NCBI GenBank assembly: GCA_963715335.1
Contig: CAVQRZ010000005.1
Location: forward strand, 128,001-192,000
DNA from: an uncultured delta proteobacterium
GTDB lineage: Bacteria > Desulfobacterota > Desulfuromonadia > Desulfuromonadales > BM103
Length of the DNA: 64,000 nt
Reading direction: 5' to 3'
The translations under genes and the position numbers were made by a program. This document shows, piece by piece, positions 21,803 through 31,495 of the stretch; positions within the stretch are counted from its first letter, which is position 1; each line of letters starts with the position of its first letter. Under the pieces are notes generated by a model that saw only the letters and a list, made by a program, of their open reading frames with translations, was not told the origin of the DNA and did no database searches.

Positions 21803-22963
21803 ATGGCTATCAGACTCGGCGAATTACTGATCAAAAAAAACCTGCTGACCCAGACTCAGCTTGAAGAAGCTTTGCAGGCTCAGGTCATTTTTGGCGGCAC
21901 GCTCGGCACGATCCTGATAGAAATGGGACTGATCTCCGAAAACGTCCTTGCCGAGATTCTGGCGAGCCTCCTCAAAATCCCTTGCCTGAAACCTGACCAG
22001 CTTGAGGAGATTCCCGAGCATGTCATCAAGATTATCAGCCCGGAACTGGCAGAAAAGCGCAAGGTCGTGCCTGTGGCAGTCAGCGGCAAGAAGTTGACCC
22101 TGGCGATGGAATCGCCCCACGATCTGAAATGCATCGACGAGATCTCTTTCCGCACTGGATATATTATCGTGCCGATCCTGGCTCTCGAAGTCCGCCTCAT
22201 TTTTGCCCTGGAACACTACTACGGCATCAAGCGCACGATGCGCTATATCGCCCCACCGAAAGAGGTCCGCGACGAGCTGGATAAGGCACCGGTCTTTCAC
22301 ACGCCCGAAGGGCCGCTCGCCGCGGCAGAGACAGATGAAGACCTCAGCGAACCGGGATCCGAGCTGATCTACCAGAGGCCGGACACGTCGGTCGCAAATG
22401 TCAAAGAAGAAAAACCGGCCGGGGTCATCGAAGAGCTCGACGACATCGAGGTCATCGAAGACCTGGTCGAAGAAGAAGTCACCCTTGCCAGCACTTCCCG
22501 GGCATTAATCAAAGTCTCCGACCGCAACGATGTCGCCGATGCAGTTATCTCTTACCTAGGAACGCACTATGCGAGGGTCGCCCTGTTCATGGTGGTGGCC
22601 GGGCAGGTCACCGGCTGGCGTTCGGCGAAACAAGGGGTGGCAATCCCGGGATTTGACCAGTTCCAGCTGCCCCTCTCGGAGCCCTCGGTGTTGAAAACCG
22701 CCGTCGCCAGCAACAGTTATTTTCTCGGCCCGGTGCAGCAGAGCGGCGCGAACCTTGCCCTGACGTCCTTCCTCGGCAAGCCCGCACCAAAAGCCGCACT
22801 GCTCATCCCGATGAGCATGCTTGGCCGCGTGGTCGGCCTGATCTATGTCGACGACCCCGATGCCGATCTCTCCCAAGCGGTTGTCGAAGTCCAGCAGCTC
22901 GCCAGCAAGGCATTGATGGCGTTTGAAATCCTGATTTTGCACAACAAGATCCTCAGAACCTGA
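21803..22963 (+). CDS. MshEN (GSPII_E_N) domain protein without ATPase domain
   Basis: RLGELLIKKNLLTQTQLEEALQAQ fits the MshEN c-di-GMP motif; acidic linker; GAF-like C-terminus; no Walker A. Confidence 0.75.
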   Translation: MAIRLGELLIKKNLLTQTQLEEALQAQVIFGGTLGTILIEMGLISENVLAEILASLLKIPCLKPDQLEEIPEHVIKIISPELAEKRKVVPVAVSGKKLTLAMESPHDLKCIDEISFRTGYIIVPILALEVRLIFALEHYYGIKRTMRYIAPPKEVRDELDKAPVFHTPEGPLAAAETDEDLSEPGSELIYQRPDTSVANVKEEKPAGVIEELDDIEVIEDLVEEEVTLASTSRALIKVSDRNDVADAVISYLGTHYARVALFMVVAGQVTGWRSAKQGVAIPGFDQFQLPLSEPSVLKTAVASNSYFLGPVQQSGANLALTSFLGKPAPKAALLIPMSMLGRVVGLIYVDDPDADLSQAVVEVQQLASKALMAFEILILHNKILRT

Positions 22964-22965
22964 CC

Positions 22966-23556
22966 TTGAACTACCTCGTTCACCTTTTTCTGGCCGGACC
23001 CGATCCCGAGCATCAACTCGGCGGGCTGATGGGTGATTTTGTCAAAGGCCCGATTCCTGAAGGCTACCCTCGAGGAATAGCGCAGGGATTGCACCTGCAC
23101 CGGCGCATCGACAGCTTTTCCCATAACAACCTCCACACCCGCAGAAGCCGGAACCGGCTGGGCCAGAGATACGGCCATGGGCGCGGCATTATCGTCGACA
23201 TCTTCTACGACCACTTCTTGGCATCCTCGTGGTCCGAGTACTCTCCAGAGCCTCTTGAAGATTATGCTGAAGGAGTCTACAAACTTCTGCAAACCCATCA
23301 CCAACTGCTGCCTGACGACCTCAAGGCGGTCTCGGCGCGCATGATCGAGCACAACTGGCTGGTCTCTTACCGCCATAGCGAAGTTGTCGGCAGAGCTCTC
23401 CACAGGATCTCCCAGCGTTTGAGCAGACCGCTGCCCCTGGCAGACGCGACCGAAGATCTGGCCTGCCATGAGGATGCCTTACGCAGTGATTTCAGGGAGT
23501 TTATGCAAGAGGCCGGTCTGTTCACCAGCAAAGAAGCGGCAATCAACCCCTTCTGA
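22966..23556 (+). CDS. acpH: ACP phosphodiesterase
   Basis: MNYLVHL, GDFVKG, LHRRIDSF, VDIFYDHFLA. Confidence 0.9.
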   Translation: MNYLVHLFLAGPDPEHQLGGLMGDFVKGPIPEGYPRGIAQGLHLHRRIDSFSHNNLHTRRSRNRLGQRYGHGRGIIVDIFYDHFLASSWSEYSPEPLEDYAEGVYKLLQTHHQLLPDDLKAVSARMIEHNWLVSYRHSEVVGRALHRISQRLSRPLPLADATEDLACHEDALRSDFREFMQEAGLFTSKEAAINPF

Positions 23557-23589
23557 GGATCGACTGCATATCCCGGACGTATCAAGCTG

Positions 23590-24207
23590 TCAACCAGCCA
23601 TGATCTGGCGAATGCCATCGACAACAAACTGGACCGAAAGGGCTGCCAGGATCACACCAAACAGACGCCGCAGGATGTTGTCCCCGGTCCGTCCGATGAC
23701 GTCCTTGATCCGGCTGGACAGCGAAAGGGCGACAAAGGCGCACAGGTACATGACCATGACCGCCGCGATCAGGAGGAGATTCCCTCCTGCACCAGAGGCT
23801 TTCGAAAAGAGCAGGACGGTCACCGTGAGGCAGCCAGGACCGGCCAGGAGGGGGATCGACATCGGGAAAACCGAGATATCCACGTCGGGACCGCTCTCCC
23901 ACTTCTTGCCGGTTTCCCCCTTGGTGACCATATTGAAGGCCGTCACGAAGAGCAGCAAACCACCAGCTACGCGCAGAGCATCAATACTGATCCCCAGTTT
24001 GACCAGAAGTATCTCGCCAAGGAACGCGAAGGCCAGCACAATCATTAACGATATCAGCGTCGAGCGAAAGGCCATCTGGCGCACATAGGTCCGATCGCAC
24101 TCCGAGGTCAACCCATGGAAGATCAATGCGCAGCCGATCGGGTCGATCACGACGAAATACGACGTCAGTGCATGCAGAAAAATCTCAACGGTCATCGACA
24201 ACTCCAT
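23590..24207 (-). CDS. MarC family membrane protein
   Basis: VVIDPIG, VFPMSIPLLAGPG, RLFGVILAALSVQF. Confidence 0.92.
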   Translation of the reverse strand: MELSMTVEIFLHALTSYFVVIDPIGCALIFHGLTSECDRTYVRQMAFRSTLISLMIVLAFAFLGEILLVKLGISIDALRVAGGLLLFVTAFNMVTKGETGKKWESGPDVDISVFPMSIPLLAGPGCLTVTVLLFSKASGAGGNLLLIAAVMVMYLCAFVALSLSSRIKDVIGRTGDNILRRLFGVILAALSVQFVVDGIRQIMAG

Positions 24208-24311
24208 TCGCAGGCAACAGTTGGGATTAACTGTTGAAAAGCCTGAGATCGTTTCTACCTCAGCCCTGACAGCGAGTCAAATTCTAAACCGCAGTCAAAA
24301 AAAATGGCCGG

Positions 24312-24857
24312 CTAGAGGTAAAAGGCCAGGAACAGCAGGGGGATGACGAAACCAATGCAGGTCAGGACAATACCGCGACGCATGCTTTTACGATGGATCA
24401 TCAGCATGCCGCTGACAGCCAGAAACCCGAGCGCAACGGCATAGACGTCAGCAACCCAGGTCCAGCTTTTTTTGGGATGGTTGAGATGCAGGAAGTTCAT
24501 CTCGTGCAGGACCGGACGCGGGATGGCGCGATCGTGAACGACATGCCCGCTGCCCAGGTTGACGAGAATTGAACGGCCTTCGACAAACAGCTGGAGGCTG
24601 TGCGGATCGGGGCGGTAGCTGCTCTCGAGCTTGCCCGTTTCATTGAGCCGGGCGAGGATCGTGCGGATGGTGTCGGCATCCATCGGTTTGCCGGAGATCG
24701 GGCCGATATTGGTTTCAGCGCGCTCTACGCTGTAGCTCGGGTTCCACTGGTTGATATGGTTGACCGCCACCCCGGAGATGGCATAGACCAGGGTCAGCCC
24801 GATACAGAGGAAGCCGATATCACGATGGAGAGCAGTGTTCCAGTGTCGCCAGCCCAT
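24312..24857 (-). CDS. PepSY-associated TM helix protein
   Basis: LHRDIGF...AISGVAVNH and LHLNH motifs, 3 TM segments. Confidence 0.75.
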   Translation of the reverse strand: MGWRHWNTALHRDIGFLCIGLTLVYAISGVAVNHINQWNPSYSVERAETNIGPISGKPMDADTIRTILARLNETGKLESSYRPDPHSLQLFVEGRSILVNLGSGHVVHDRAIPRPVLHEMNFLHLNHPKKSWTWVADVYAVALGFLAVSGMLMIHRKSMRRGIVLTCIGFVIPLLFLAFYL

Positions 24858-24859
24858 CT

Positions 24860-25324
24860 TTACAACGAGGGGATCTCGGCACCGAGCCCGCGAATCCGCA
24901 GAACTGTCTCACCCGAAGTCACGCTGGCCGGATCGAAGGCTTCACCGGTCTCTTCGGCGTGATGCTTGCCGCGGGCGATCACTTCGTCCCTGGTCAGTTC
25001 CATGCTTTCCACGATGCCTTCAACGATGGCCTGCTTGCCCCGGGCCTCCATCGGGAAGACGATTTCGCCATCGGTGACCTTGATGCGGATCTTTTCAAAT
25101 TCTCGGTCACCCGCCAGGTAGATCCAGCAACCGCGCCGGCTGCAGACATCCACCACCAGGCCGGACACTTTGACCCTGTGACCGACATAAGCGACGGGAT
25201 TATCGATAATCGAAGAGATGGCCGTCTGTTCCAACTGGGAGACACCCTGGCCAAAGGTCCTGGCAAAAGTGGCCGAAGGGACCAGGATTGTGACGGCGGC
25301 GAGGATAACCAGAAAAGTTCGCAT
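24860..25324 (-). CDS. Exported OB-fold-like protein (DUF4920-like)
   Basis: Signal peptide; VVDVCSRRGCW and KHHAEE motifs; start ATG 25324 behind AGGAG. Confidence 0.65.
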   Translation of the reverse strand: MRTFLVILAAVTILVPSATFARTFGQGVSQLEQTAISSIIDNPVAYVGHRVKVSGLVVDVCSRRGCWIYLAGDREFEKIRIKVTDGEIVFPMEARGKQAIVEGIVESMELTRDEVIARGKHHAEETGEAFDPASVTSGETVLRIRGLGAEIPSL

Positions 25325-25359
25325 GATCTGCTCCTGAGGTTTGATGGACAACGGGATTG

Positions 25360-25389
25360 ATCATACTTTCTCTATATATGGAGAGTCAA
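25360..25389 (-). promoter_or_regulatory. Putative sigma70 promoter with internal dyad
   Basis: TTGACT-N18-TATGAT with TCTC-CATATATA-GAGA dyad across the spacer. Confidence 0.5.
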
Positions 25390-25428
25390 GCCATAAACAG
25401 GGTTTTCACTGTGCGACAGGCCGGCAAT

Positions 25429-26757
25429 TTATGCCGGGATTGGCCAATCCGATGCGTAGCCCGGCGGGAAAAATGTTTCGCGGGTCCGGTTGAAATATCC
25501 GTACTGCAACTGCGGGAAACGTAGCTTGTGCTGCCTGAGCATTTCCAGCATGCCGACCCCGTGACCTTCAATGCCGAGGGAAGAGAGGTAGAGAAACGGG
25601 TCAAGGCTCAAGTTGCGCATCTGGACCATGTCGATACCAACCTCATCGATCAGGCCGGCCAGGGCTTCTATCTCATCGCTGCGGTCCGAGACCCCGGGGA
25701 AGACCAGGTAATTCAGCATGGTGTACAGCCCGGCGGCCCTGGCCCGTCTGAGTGACTCGAGGACATCAGCAAAGCGATAACCGCGCGGCCGGTAATAGGC
25801 ATTATAGAAAGACTCCTGGGCCGAATTCAGCGAAACCCTGATCGAGTCGACCCCGGCATCCGCCAGCTGGTCAATCGCATCAGGGATCGACGCGTTGCTG
25901 TTGAAGTTGATCGTGCCACGTTCGGTCTGGCTGCGCATCTGCCGAACCGATTCGACAATGAGACCGGTTTGCATGATCGGGTCGCCCTCACAACCCTGGC
26001 CAAAAGAGACGATAGCATTTTCGGCTTCCCGGAGATGCGGAACCGCCACCTCGCAGAGTTCGGCAACAGTCGGCACGAAGGTCAGGCGCTCCTGGCTGGC
26101 CGGACAGCAGTCCGATTCCTGCAGGGAGATACAACCGATACAGCGTGAATTGCAGGTCGGCGAAGTCGGCAGTGGGGCCTCCCAGCGCCGGAAGAAGAGG
26201 TTCTTGGCGGCAAAGCAGTGGTAATCCACGGCGCAGCGCGCCAGTTGCTCCAACAGGCGGTTGTCAGGATACTCCTGCAGCACCTTGCGCACCAGGGGAT
26301 CGAGCTTGCGATCATCAAAATGGTCTGGCTGCCACTGAGGATTGCGATCAACCTGCACCGCGGCAACATAAAAACGCTCTTCCTCGACACACCAGCCGAC
26401 CGCAGTGTAGGACCAGAGCGGCAGGGTCTGCCCTCTACGCTGGAAATCTGCCGCAGGCAACAGCGTCCGCGTGTAGCCCGGTGTCAGGAAAGCTGAAACA
26501 GCCTGGATACGCCCCCCGCCCCACTCCCTGGGCAGACGATCGACCGTCACCTGCACGCCGCTACGCCGGTCGAATCCGATCGGCGGCGTCTGCGGGATGG
26601 TGAAGAGGCGACTCCCTTCCGGCATCGGCATCATTTCATCAGCGAGCGGCTGAACCGTATCCGTACCGTTCATTCCTGCCAGCAACAGGTCGGGATGCTC
26701 GAAGACCTCGCCCTGTTCATCGGCGACCAGCGCCAGGATCGTTTTGTTTGTTGCCAC
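25429..26757 (-). CDS. Radical SAM protein of unknown function
   Basis: CNSRCIGC motif, SFGQGCEGDP; start re-set to GTG 26757 behind GGAG. Confidence 0.85.
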   Translation of the reverse strand: MATNKTILALVADEQGEVFEHPDLLLAGMNGTDTVQPLADEMMPMPEGSRLFTIPQTPPIGFDRRSGVQVTVDRLPREWGGGRIQAVSAFLTPGYTRTLLPAADFQRRGQTLPLWSYTAVGWCVEEERFYVAAVQVDRNPQWQPDHFDDRKLDPLVRKVLQEYPDNRLLEQLARCAVDYHCFAAKNLFFRRWEAPLPTSPTCNSRCIGCISLQESDCCPASQERLTFVPTVAELCEVAVPHLREAENAIVSFGQGCEGDPIMQTGLIVESVRQMRSQTERGTINFNSNASIPDAIDQLADAGVDSIRVSLNSAQESFYNAYYRPRGYRFADVLESLRRARAAGLYTMLNYLVFPGVSDRSDEIEALAGLIDEVGIDMVQMRNLSLDPFLYLSSLGIEGHGVGMLEMLRQHKLRFPQLQYGYFNRTRETFFPPGYASDWPIPA

Positions 26758-27006
26758 GTAGAACTCCAGTCCAATGACCCGTCGAAAAATCGAACACCCC
26801 CGTGCGAGAACCCTATTCAGACTAGCATAGGCCGACGTTTCAAACAATTTCTCCCTTGCAGTTATGACCTGATTTTGCGCAACAGAAATACCTCCAAGCC
26901 ATTCCATACTAATATACTGTATATTAATTTTACATAAAAACATCTTGACACAGTTATATAAATATTTTATTTCTTACCTACGAAATCAACTTTAAAGGAG
27001 TCAATC

Positions 27007-27930
27007 ATGCAATCGCTGAGAACAATCACCGTCACTGCCGTTCTTCTGATCGCCCTGCCGGTTCTGGCGGCAGCAGCGATAGAGGACTATTTCGTCCAGA
27101 CCGACTGGCTGGCCGCAAACCACTCACAGGTCGTTGTCCTCGATGCACGCCAGGCACCGCTCTACCTGCTCGGACATATTGACGGGGCTTACAGCATCCC
27201 CCGCAGCGAGTTCCTCGACAAACGCGGTGGGGTCAAGAGCCTCGTACCAACCACCACCGACTTCGAAGTCCTGGTGGAAAAGTTCGGCATCACCCCGAGC
27301 ACCACGGTGATCATCTACGCCGAGCATGACAACCCCTATGCAGCACGCCTTGCCTGGACCCTGAGCTATCATGGCCACGAAAGAGCCCTGGTCCTCGATG
27401 GTGGTTACGAGAAATGGTCCCGTGAAGGGCGTCCTACCTCACTGTTGCCGACCACCGCAGCCGTTCCCAGCGAATATCGCGTCACCTCCCACGGTGAAAC
27501 ACGCGCCGAGGTTGACTACGTTTTGACACGCCTCGGCAATCCCGGCGTGCTGGTCTGGGACACCCGCACTGCCGAAGAATATGTCGGGACCGATGTCCGC
27601 GCCGAGCGCGGCGGTCACATCCCCGGCGCGACCCACCTCAACTGGACCGAACTGCAACATGAGATCGACGGCGTAAAGGTCCTGCGACCCGAGCCGGAAA
27701 TCCGCGCCCTGCTTGCTGCACACGGCATCAACGACGGCCAGGAAATCATTGCCCATTGCCAAACCGGCATCCGATCCTCCTACGCCACCCTGGTTCTCCA
27801 GGCCCTTGGCTACAAGCAGGTCAAGAACTACGACGGCTCCTGGATCGAATGGGCCAACAACCCCGACCTGCCGATCGTCGCCGGCACAGAAACCTCGCAC
27901 AGCGATGAGATTGCCCTGCTCCGCAAGTGA
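27007..27930 (+). CDS. Exported tandem-domain rhodanese (sulfurtransferase)
   Basis: Signal peptide; GHIDGA, LDGG, GHIPGA, active-site CQTGIRS, YDGSWIEW. Confidence 0.92.
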   Translation: MQSLRTITVTAVLLIALPVLAAAAIEDYFVQTDWLAANHSQVVVLDARQAPLYLLGHIDGAYSIPRSEFLDKRGGVKSLVPTTTDFEVLVEKFGITPSTTVIIYAEHDNPYAARLAWTLSYHGHERALVLDGGYEKWSREGRPTSLLPTTAAVPSEYRVTSHGETRAEVDYVLTRLGNPGVLVWDTRTAEEYVGTDVRAERGGHIPGATHLNWTELQHEIDGVKVLRPEPEIRALLAAHGINDGQEIIAHCQTGIRSSYATLVLQALGYKQVKNYDGSWIEWANNPDLPIVAGTETSHSDEIALLRK

Positions 27931-27968
27931 TTGACTCCGTTTACGCAGCCCGTTCGCGTGGGCACACG

Positions 27969-28005
27969 GGAGTCTGACCGTATCCGGTCAGACTCCTTTG
28001 CGTTT
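27969..28005 (+). terminator. Terminator with possible alternative structure
   Basis: GGAGTCTGACCG-TATC-CGGTCAGACTCC followed by TTTGCGTTT. Confidence 0.7.
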
Positions 28006-28072
28006 GGTAAAGAAAATAATTTCACGCCGCAAATTTCGAGCTATACTATCGGCAAAAATGAGGATGCGAAAC

Positions 28073-28906
28073 ATGTCCAGCCGTATCAAGAACCAGTTGA
28101 TTGCCAAGATCATCACCCGCTTCCCGAGCCTGGCGCAACGTTTTATCGCTGCCTACCAGCCCTGGGAGTCCGGGGAAACGCCTCCCTGGACACCTGTTAC
28201 CAGACCTCTGGGCGAATGCAGGGTTGCACTGGTCACAACCTCGGGCATCCACCACAAAGACCAGCAGCCTTTCGATATGCTGGACAGCGAGGGCGACCCC
28301 AGTTTCCGGGAAATAGAGGGGGCAACTATTGCCAGCAACTACATGATCACCCATGACTACTACGACCACGGCGATGCCGAGAAGGACCTCAACATCATCT
28401 TCCCGATCGACCGTCTCCGTGAGTTGCAGACCGAGGGGGTGATTGGCGACCTGGCGACCCGCCATTACTCCTTTATGGGACATATAGACGGGCGTCATAT
28501 CGCTACGCTGGTCAACAAATCAGCCAGACAGCTTGTCGGGAAGCTCCGCCAGGACGCCGTTGATGCGGTCCTGCTGACCCCTGCCTGAGGCATCTGCAAC
28601 CAGTCCGTGGGACTGGTCCAGAGAGAGATCGAAAAAGCCGGCATCCCGACTGTCGGGGTCTCGATCGTACGCGAATATACCGAAAAGGTGCAGCCTCCCA
28701 GGACCGTTTACCTCAAGTGGCCCTTCGGCCATCCGCTCGGTGAACCGGGCAACATCAGGCAGCAACGGGCCGTGGTCCTGGAGGCCTTCAGGGTGCTTTA
28801 TTCGGCGACAACTCCGGGAGAGATTGTTGATCTGCCGTTTCGTTGGCGACGGCATGATTATGATAGTTACGAGGAGCCGAAGGGGTTTGTGCCAATTCGG
28901 GAATAA
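28073..28906 (+). CDS. PrdB/GrdB-family selenoprotein B, Sec172 encoded by TGA 28586-28588
   Basis: ORFs 27998-28588 and 28607-28906 share a frame and join as VLLTPA-U-GICNQSVGLVQREIEKAGIPT; PWTPV and IFPIDRLREL motifs typical of PrdB. Confidence 0.9.
28589..28625 (+). promoter_or_regulatory. Bacterial SECIS element
   Basis: ACCAGTCC-GTG-GGACTGGT hairpin, G-led loop 18 nt after UGA, lower TCTG/CAGA stem. Confidence 0.82.
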
Positions 28907-28987
28907 AGAATTTATCGAGCCACCATATTTGATTGTATGGTGGCATCGTTGATTTTAAATTCTTTAGAATCTTAAGATCAAAGCTTA

Positions 28988-29479
28988 AACCGGCGGGTCG
29001 CGTCCCGCCGGACGCCATACTTTTGTCCGGCAACAAAAGTATGCAAAAATGCCTTCACCTTGCGGTGGGCATCTCCTTTGCCAGGTTTCTCTGAATTCAA
29101 GAACCTACTGTGATGGGAATCCGGCCCTGTGTCAAAGGGCCTGACCTTTCTGTGTGATCTTTATGGGTCATGTCTAAATTACGACGGTGCTAGCAATCAT
29201 CCTTAACAGGAGAGGCTCTTTTGCTCCTTGCTCCTTTAGTGGTGTTCCGTGCCTGCTGGTTGTAATTGGTCTCAGCAGCTTGATCTTGCCACCCCATTTT
29301 GACAGCAGTGCGGCGAGGCCCCCTGTAACGGGCCGGCTTGTCTCCTCTGCTGTTTTTTGAGGCCATTGACCCTTCGCGAACGTCTATAGCCCTCCGCTAG
29401 GAGTAAGGCGTTTTTTGCGTACTTTTTGTCGCCGCTTGGACAAAAAGTACGGCGTCTGGCGGGACGCAACCCGCCGGTT
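28988..29479. repeat. ~490-bp non-coding element with ~85-90 bp imperfect terminal inverted repeats
   Basis: AACCGGCGGGTCGCGTCCCGCCGGACGCCATACTTTTGTCC... at 28988-29072 mirrors 29386-29479; each arm has two internal hairpins. Confidence 0.8.
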
Positions 29480-29594
29480 CTGATTTTGAACTTAAACTCA
29501 TAACCAATTAAATTATGCAGGCGACATATTCCTAGCAATGTGTTGCCCGCATAATTTACTTTATCTCCCCCTCCCCCTTCGCTATCCTTGCCGC

Positions 29595-31301
29595 ATGCGC
29601 ACCATTCTGGCCACCCTGCACAGCAAATTCATCCACAACAGCCTGGCGTTGCCCTGTCTGGCAGCCTACTGTGGTGACGGCTGCGGCGAACTCCTGATCC
29701 GCGAGTACACCGTACATGAGCCGCGGGAATCCGTCCTTGCCGTGTTGCTGGCTGACGAACCGGATGTCATCGCTTTCTCAGTCTATCTCTGGAACCGGCG
29801 GGAGACCCTCGACCTGGCCGATGCCCTGGCCGTCGCCCGCCCCGATCTGCGCATTGTTCTTGGCGGGCCGGAGACCTCTTTTGACGATGACACAATCTTT
29901 GCCCGGCATCCGGGACTGACTGCGCTGGTCCGTGGCGAAGGGGAAGAACCGCTGCGGACACTCCTCCATGCGTGGCAGCAGGGACTGCCTCCGGGATTGG
30001 TTCCGCGCGCGGTTATCCGTCAGGATGCCAAACTCATCAGCGGTTCCGACAGCCCGCCGCTCAGCAACCTGGACAGCATCCCTTCGCCATTTCAGCTAGG
30101 TCTGGCCGATTTTTCCCGGGGCCTGGTCTATTACGAAACCAGCCGCGGCTGCCCTTTCCGTTGCAGTTTCTGCCTCAGCGCCCGCGACAACCTGATGCGA
30201 AGCTACTCGATGGAGCGAATCCGGAGCGACCTGCTCCTGCTGATGCAGAACGAAGTCCCCAAGGTCAAGCTGGTCGATCGCACATTCAACTACGATCCCC
30301 GGCGCGCTCTGCAGATCTTCCGTTTCATCCTCGAGCACAACCGTTCGACCCAGTTCCATTTCGAGATTGGCGCTCACCTGCTCGATGACACCACCCTGTC
30401 CTTTCTCGAAACGGTGCCGGCCGAGATGTTCCAGTTTGAAATCGGCGTACAGTCGACCCTGGAGAGCACCCTTGACACGATCGGCCGCAAGGTCAACCTG
30501 GAGGAACTCGAAGAGAATGTGCGCAGATTGATGGAGAGCTGTCGCATCCGCCTGCACCTTGACCTGGTTGCCGGCCTGCCGGGCGATAACTTCGAGAATT
30601 TTATCGCATCGATCGATCGGGTGATCGCACTCAATCCCCACCACCTGCAGGTCGAGCCGGTCAAGCTTTTACCAGGTTCCCCGCTGCGCGACCAGGCCGA
30701 ATCACACCGTATCAGGTTCGACCCCAATCCGCCCTACACAATCCTGGGCAGCCCCGACCTCTCATATAACGAGCTGCGGCAACTCCAGGAGATCAGCCGA
30801 CTGCTTGATCTGACCTACAACAGCGACTGCTTTGCAACCTTCCTGCACGAACTGACGGCAGTCTCAGGTTCCTTTGCCAGCGGGCTGGTATGGCTGGCCG
30901 GCGAATGGCGCCGCCGCAACCTGTTCCGGTTCCCCATGGACCGCCGGGAGGTGTTCAACAGCCTGGTCAGGATTATCGAACAACGTGACAACGACATCTC
31001 AAGGCAACGCCTTCTGGAGGGTCTGGCTTACGATTTCGCCCGTTGCGAACGAGTCGTCACCAACCGCATCCCGGCATTCTTCAACACCGGCCTTAGCGCC
31101 GAAGAGCAGCTCTGGGTCCAGAATACCGTGCAGAAGCGAGCCGGGGAGATCAAAGGCCAGGGGATCAAGCTGCAATACTTCGCCACAGTTTTTTCAGCCC
31201 TCCACGACGTCGAACAACCCACCGCCTACCTGTTTCTCTACCTGACGCAGACCGGCCAAAAGATGCAGGTCGAGGAATATCTTTTCTGCGAACAACCGTG
31301 A
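29595..31301 (+). CDS. B12-binding radical SAM protein (DUF4080-type)
   Basis: FSVYLWN, LGGPE, GEGE, ETSRGCPFRCSFC, VDRTFN, HLDLVAGLP. Confidence 0.88.
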   Translation: MRTILATLHSKFIHNSLALPCLAAYCGDGCGELLIREYTVHEPRESVLAVLLADEPDVIAFSVYLWNRRETLDLADALAVARPDLRIVLGGPETSFDDDTIFARHPGLTALVRGEGEEPLRTLLHAWQQGLPPGLVPRAVIRQDAKLISGSDSPPLSNLDSIPSPFQLGLADFSRGLVYYETSRGCPFRCSFCLSARDNLMRSYSMERIRSDLLLLMQNEVPKVKLVDRTFNYDPRRALQIFRFILEHNRSTQFHFEIGAHLLDDTTLSFLETVPAEMFQFEIGVQSTLESTLDTIGRKVNLEELEENVRRLMESCRIRLHLDLVAGLPGDNFENFIASIDRVIALNPHHLQVEPVKLLPGSPLRDQAESHRIRFDPNPPYTILGSPDLSYNELRQLQEISRLLDLTYNSDCFATFLHELTAVSGSFASGLVWLAGEWRRRNLFRFPMDRREVFNSLVRIIEQRDNDISRQRLLEGLAYDFARCERVVTNRIPAFFNTGLSAEEQLWVQNTVQKRAGEIKGQGIKLQYFATVFSALHDVEQPTAYLFLYLTQTGQKMQVEEYLFCEQP

Positions 31302-31495
31302 TGTGGCCCGTCACGAAAGGCTGTGGCGCAGCAGCGCCGGGGAGAGGCCCTGTCAGAAAAACCGCACTTGTTCAAAGGGATTCTCTCTGGCGGCAAAAAG
31401 CAGATCGAGAGAGGCGAGGAACCGCCATCAGGAGAATACTCAGGGGTGAGAATTTAAACTCGGCGACGATCAGCGTTTCATGGCAATCTTTTCCT

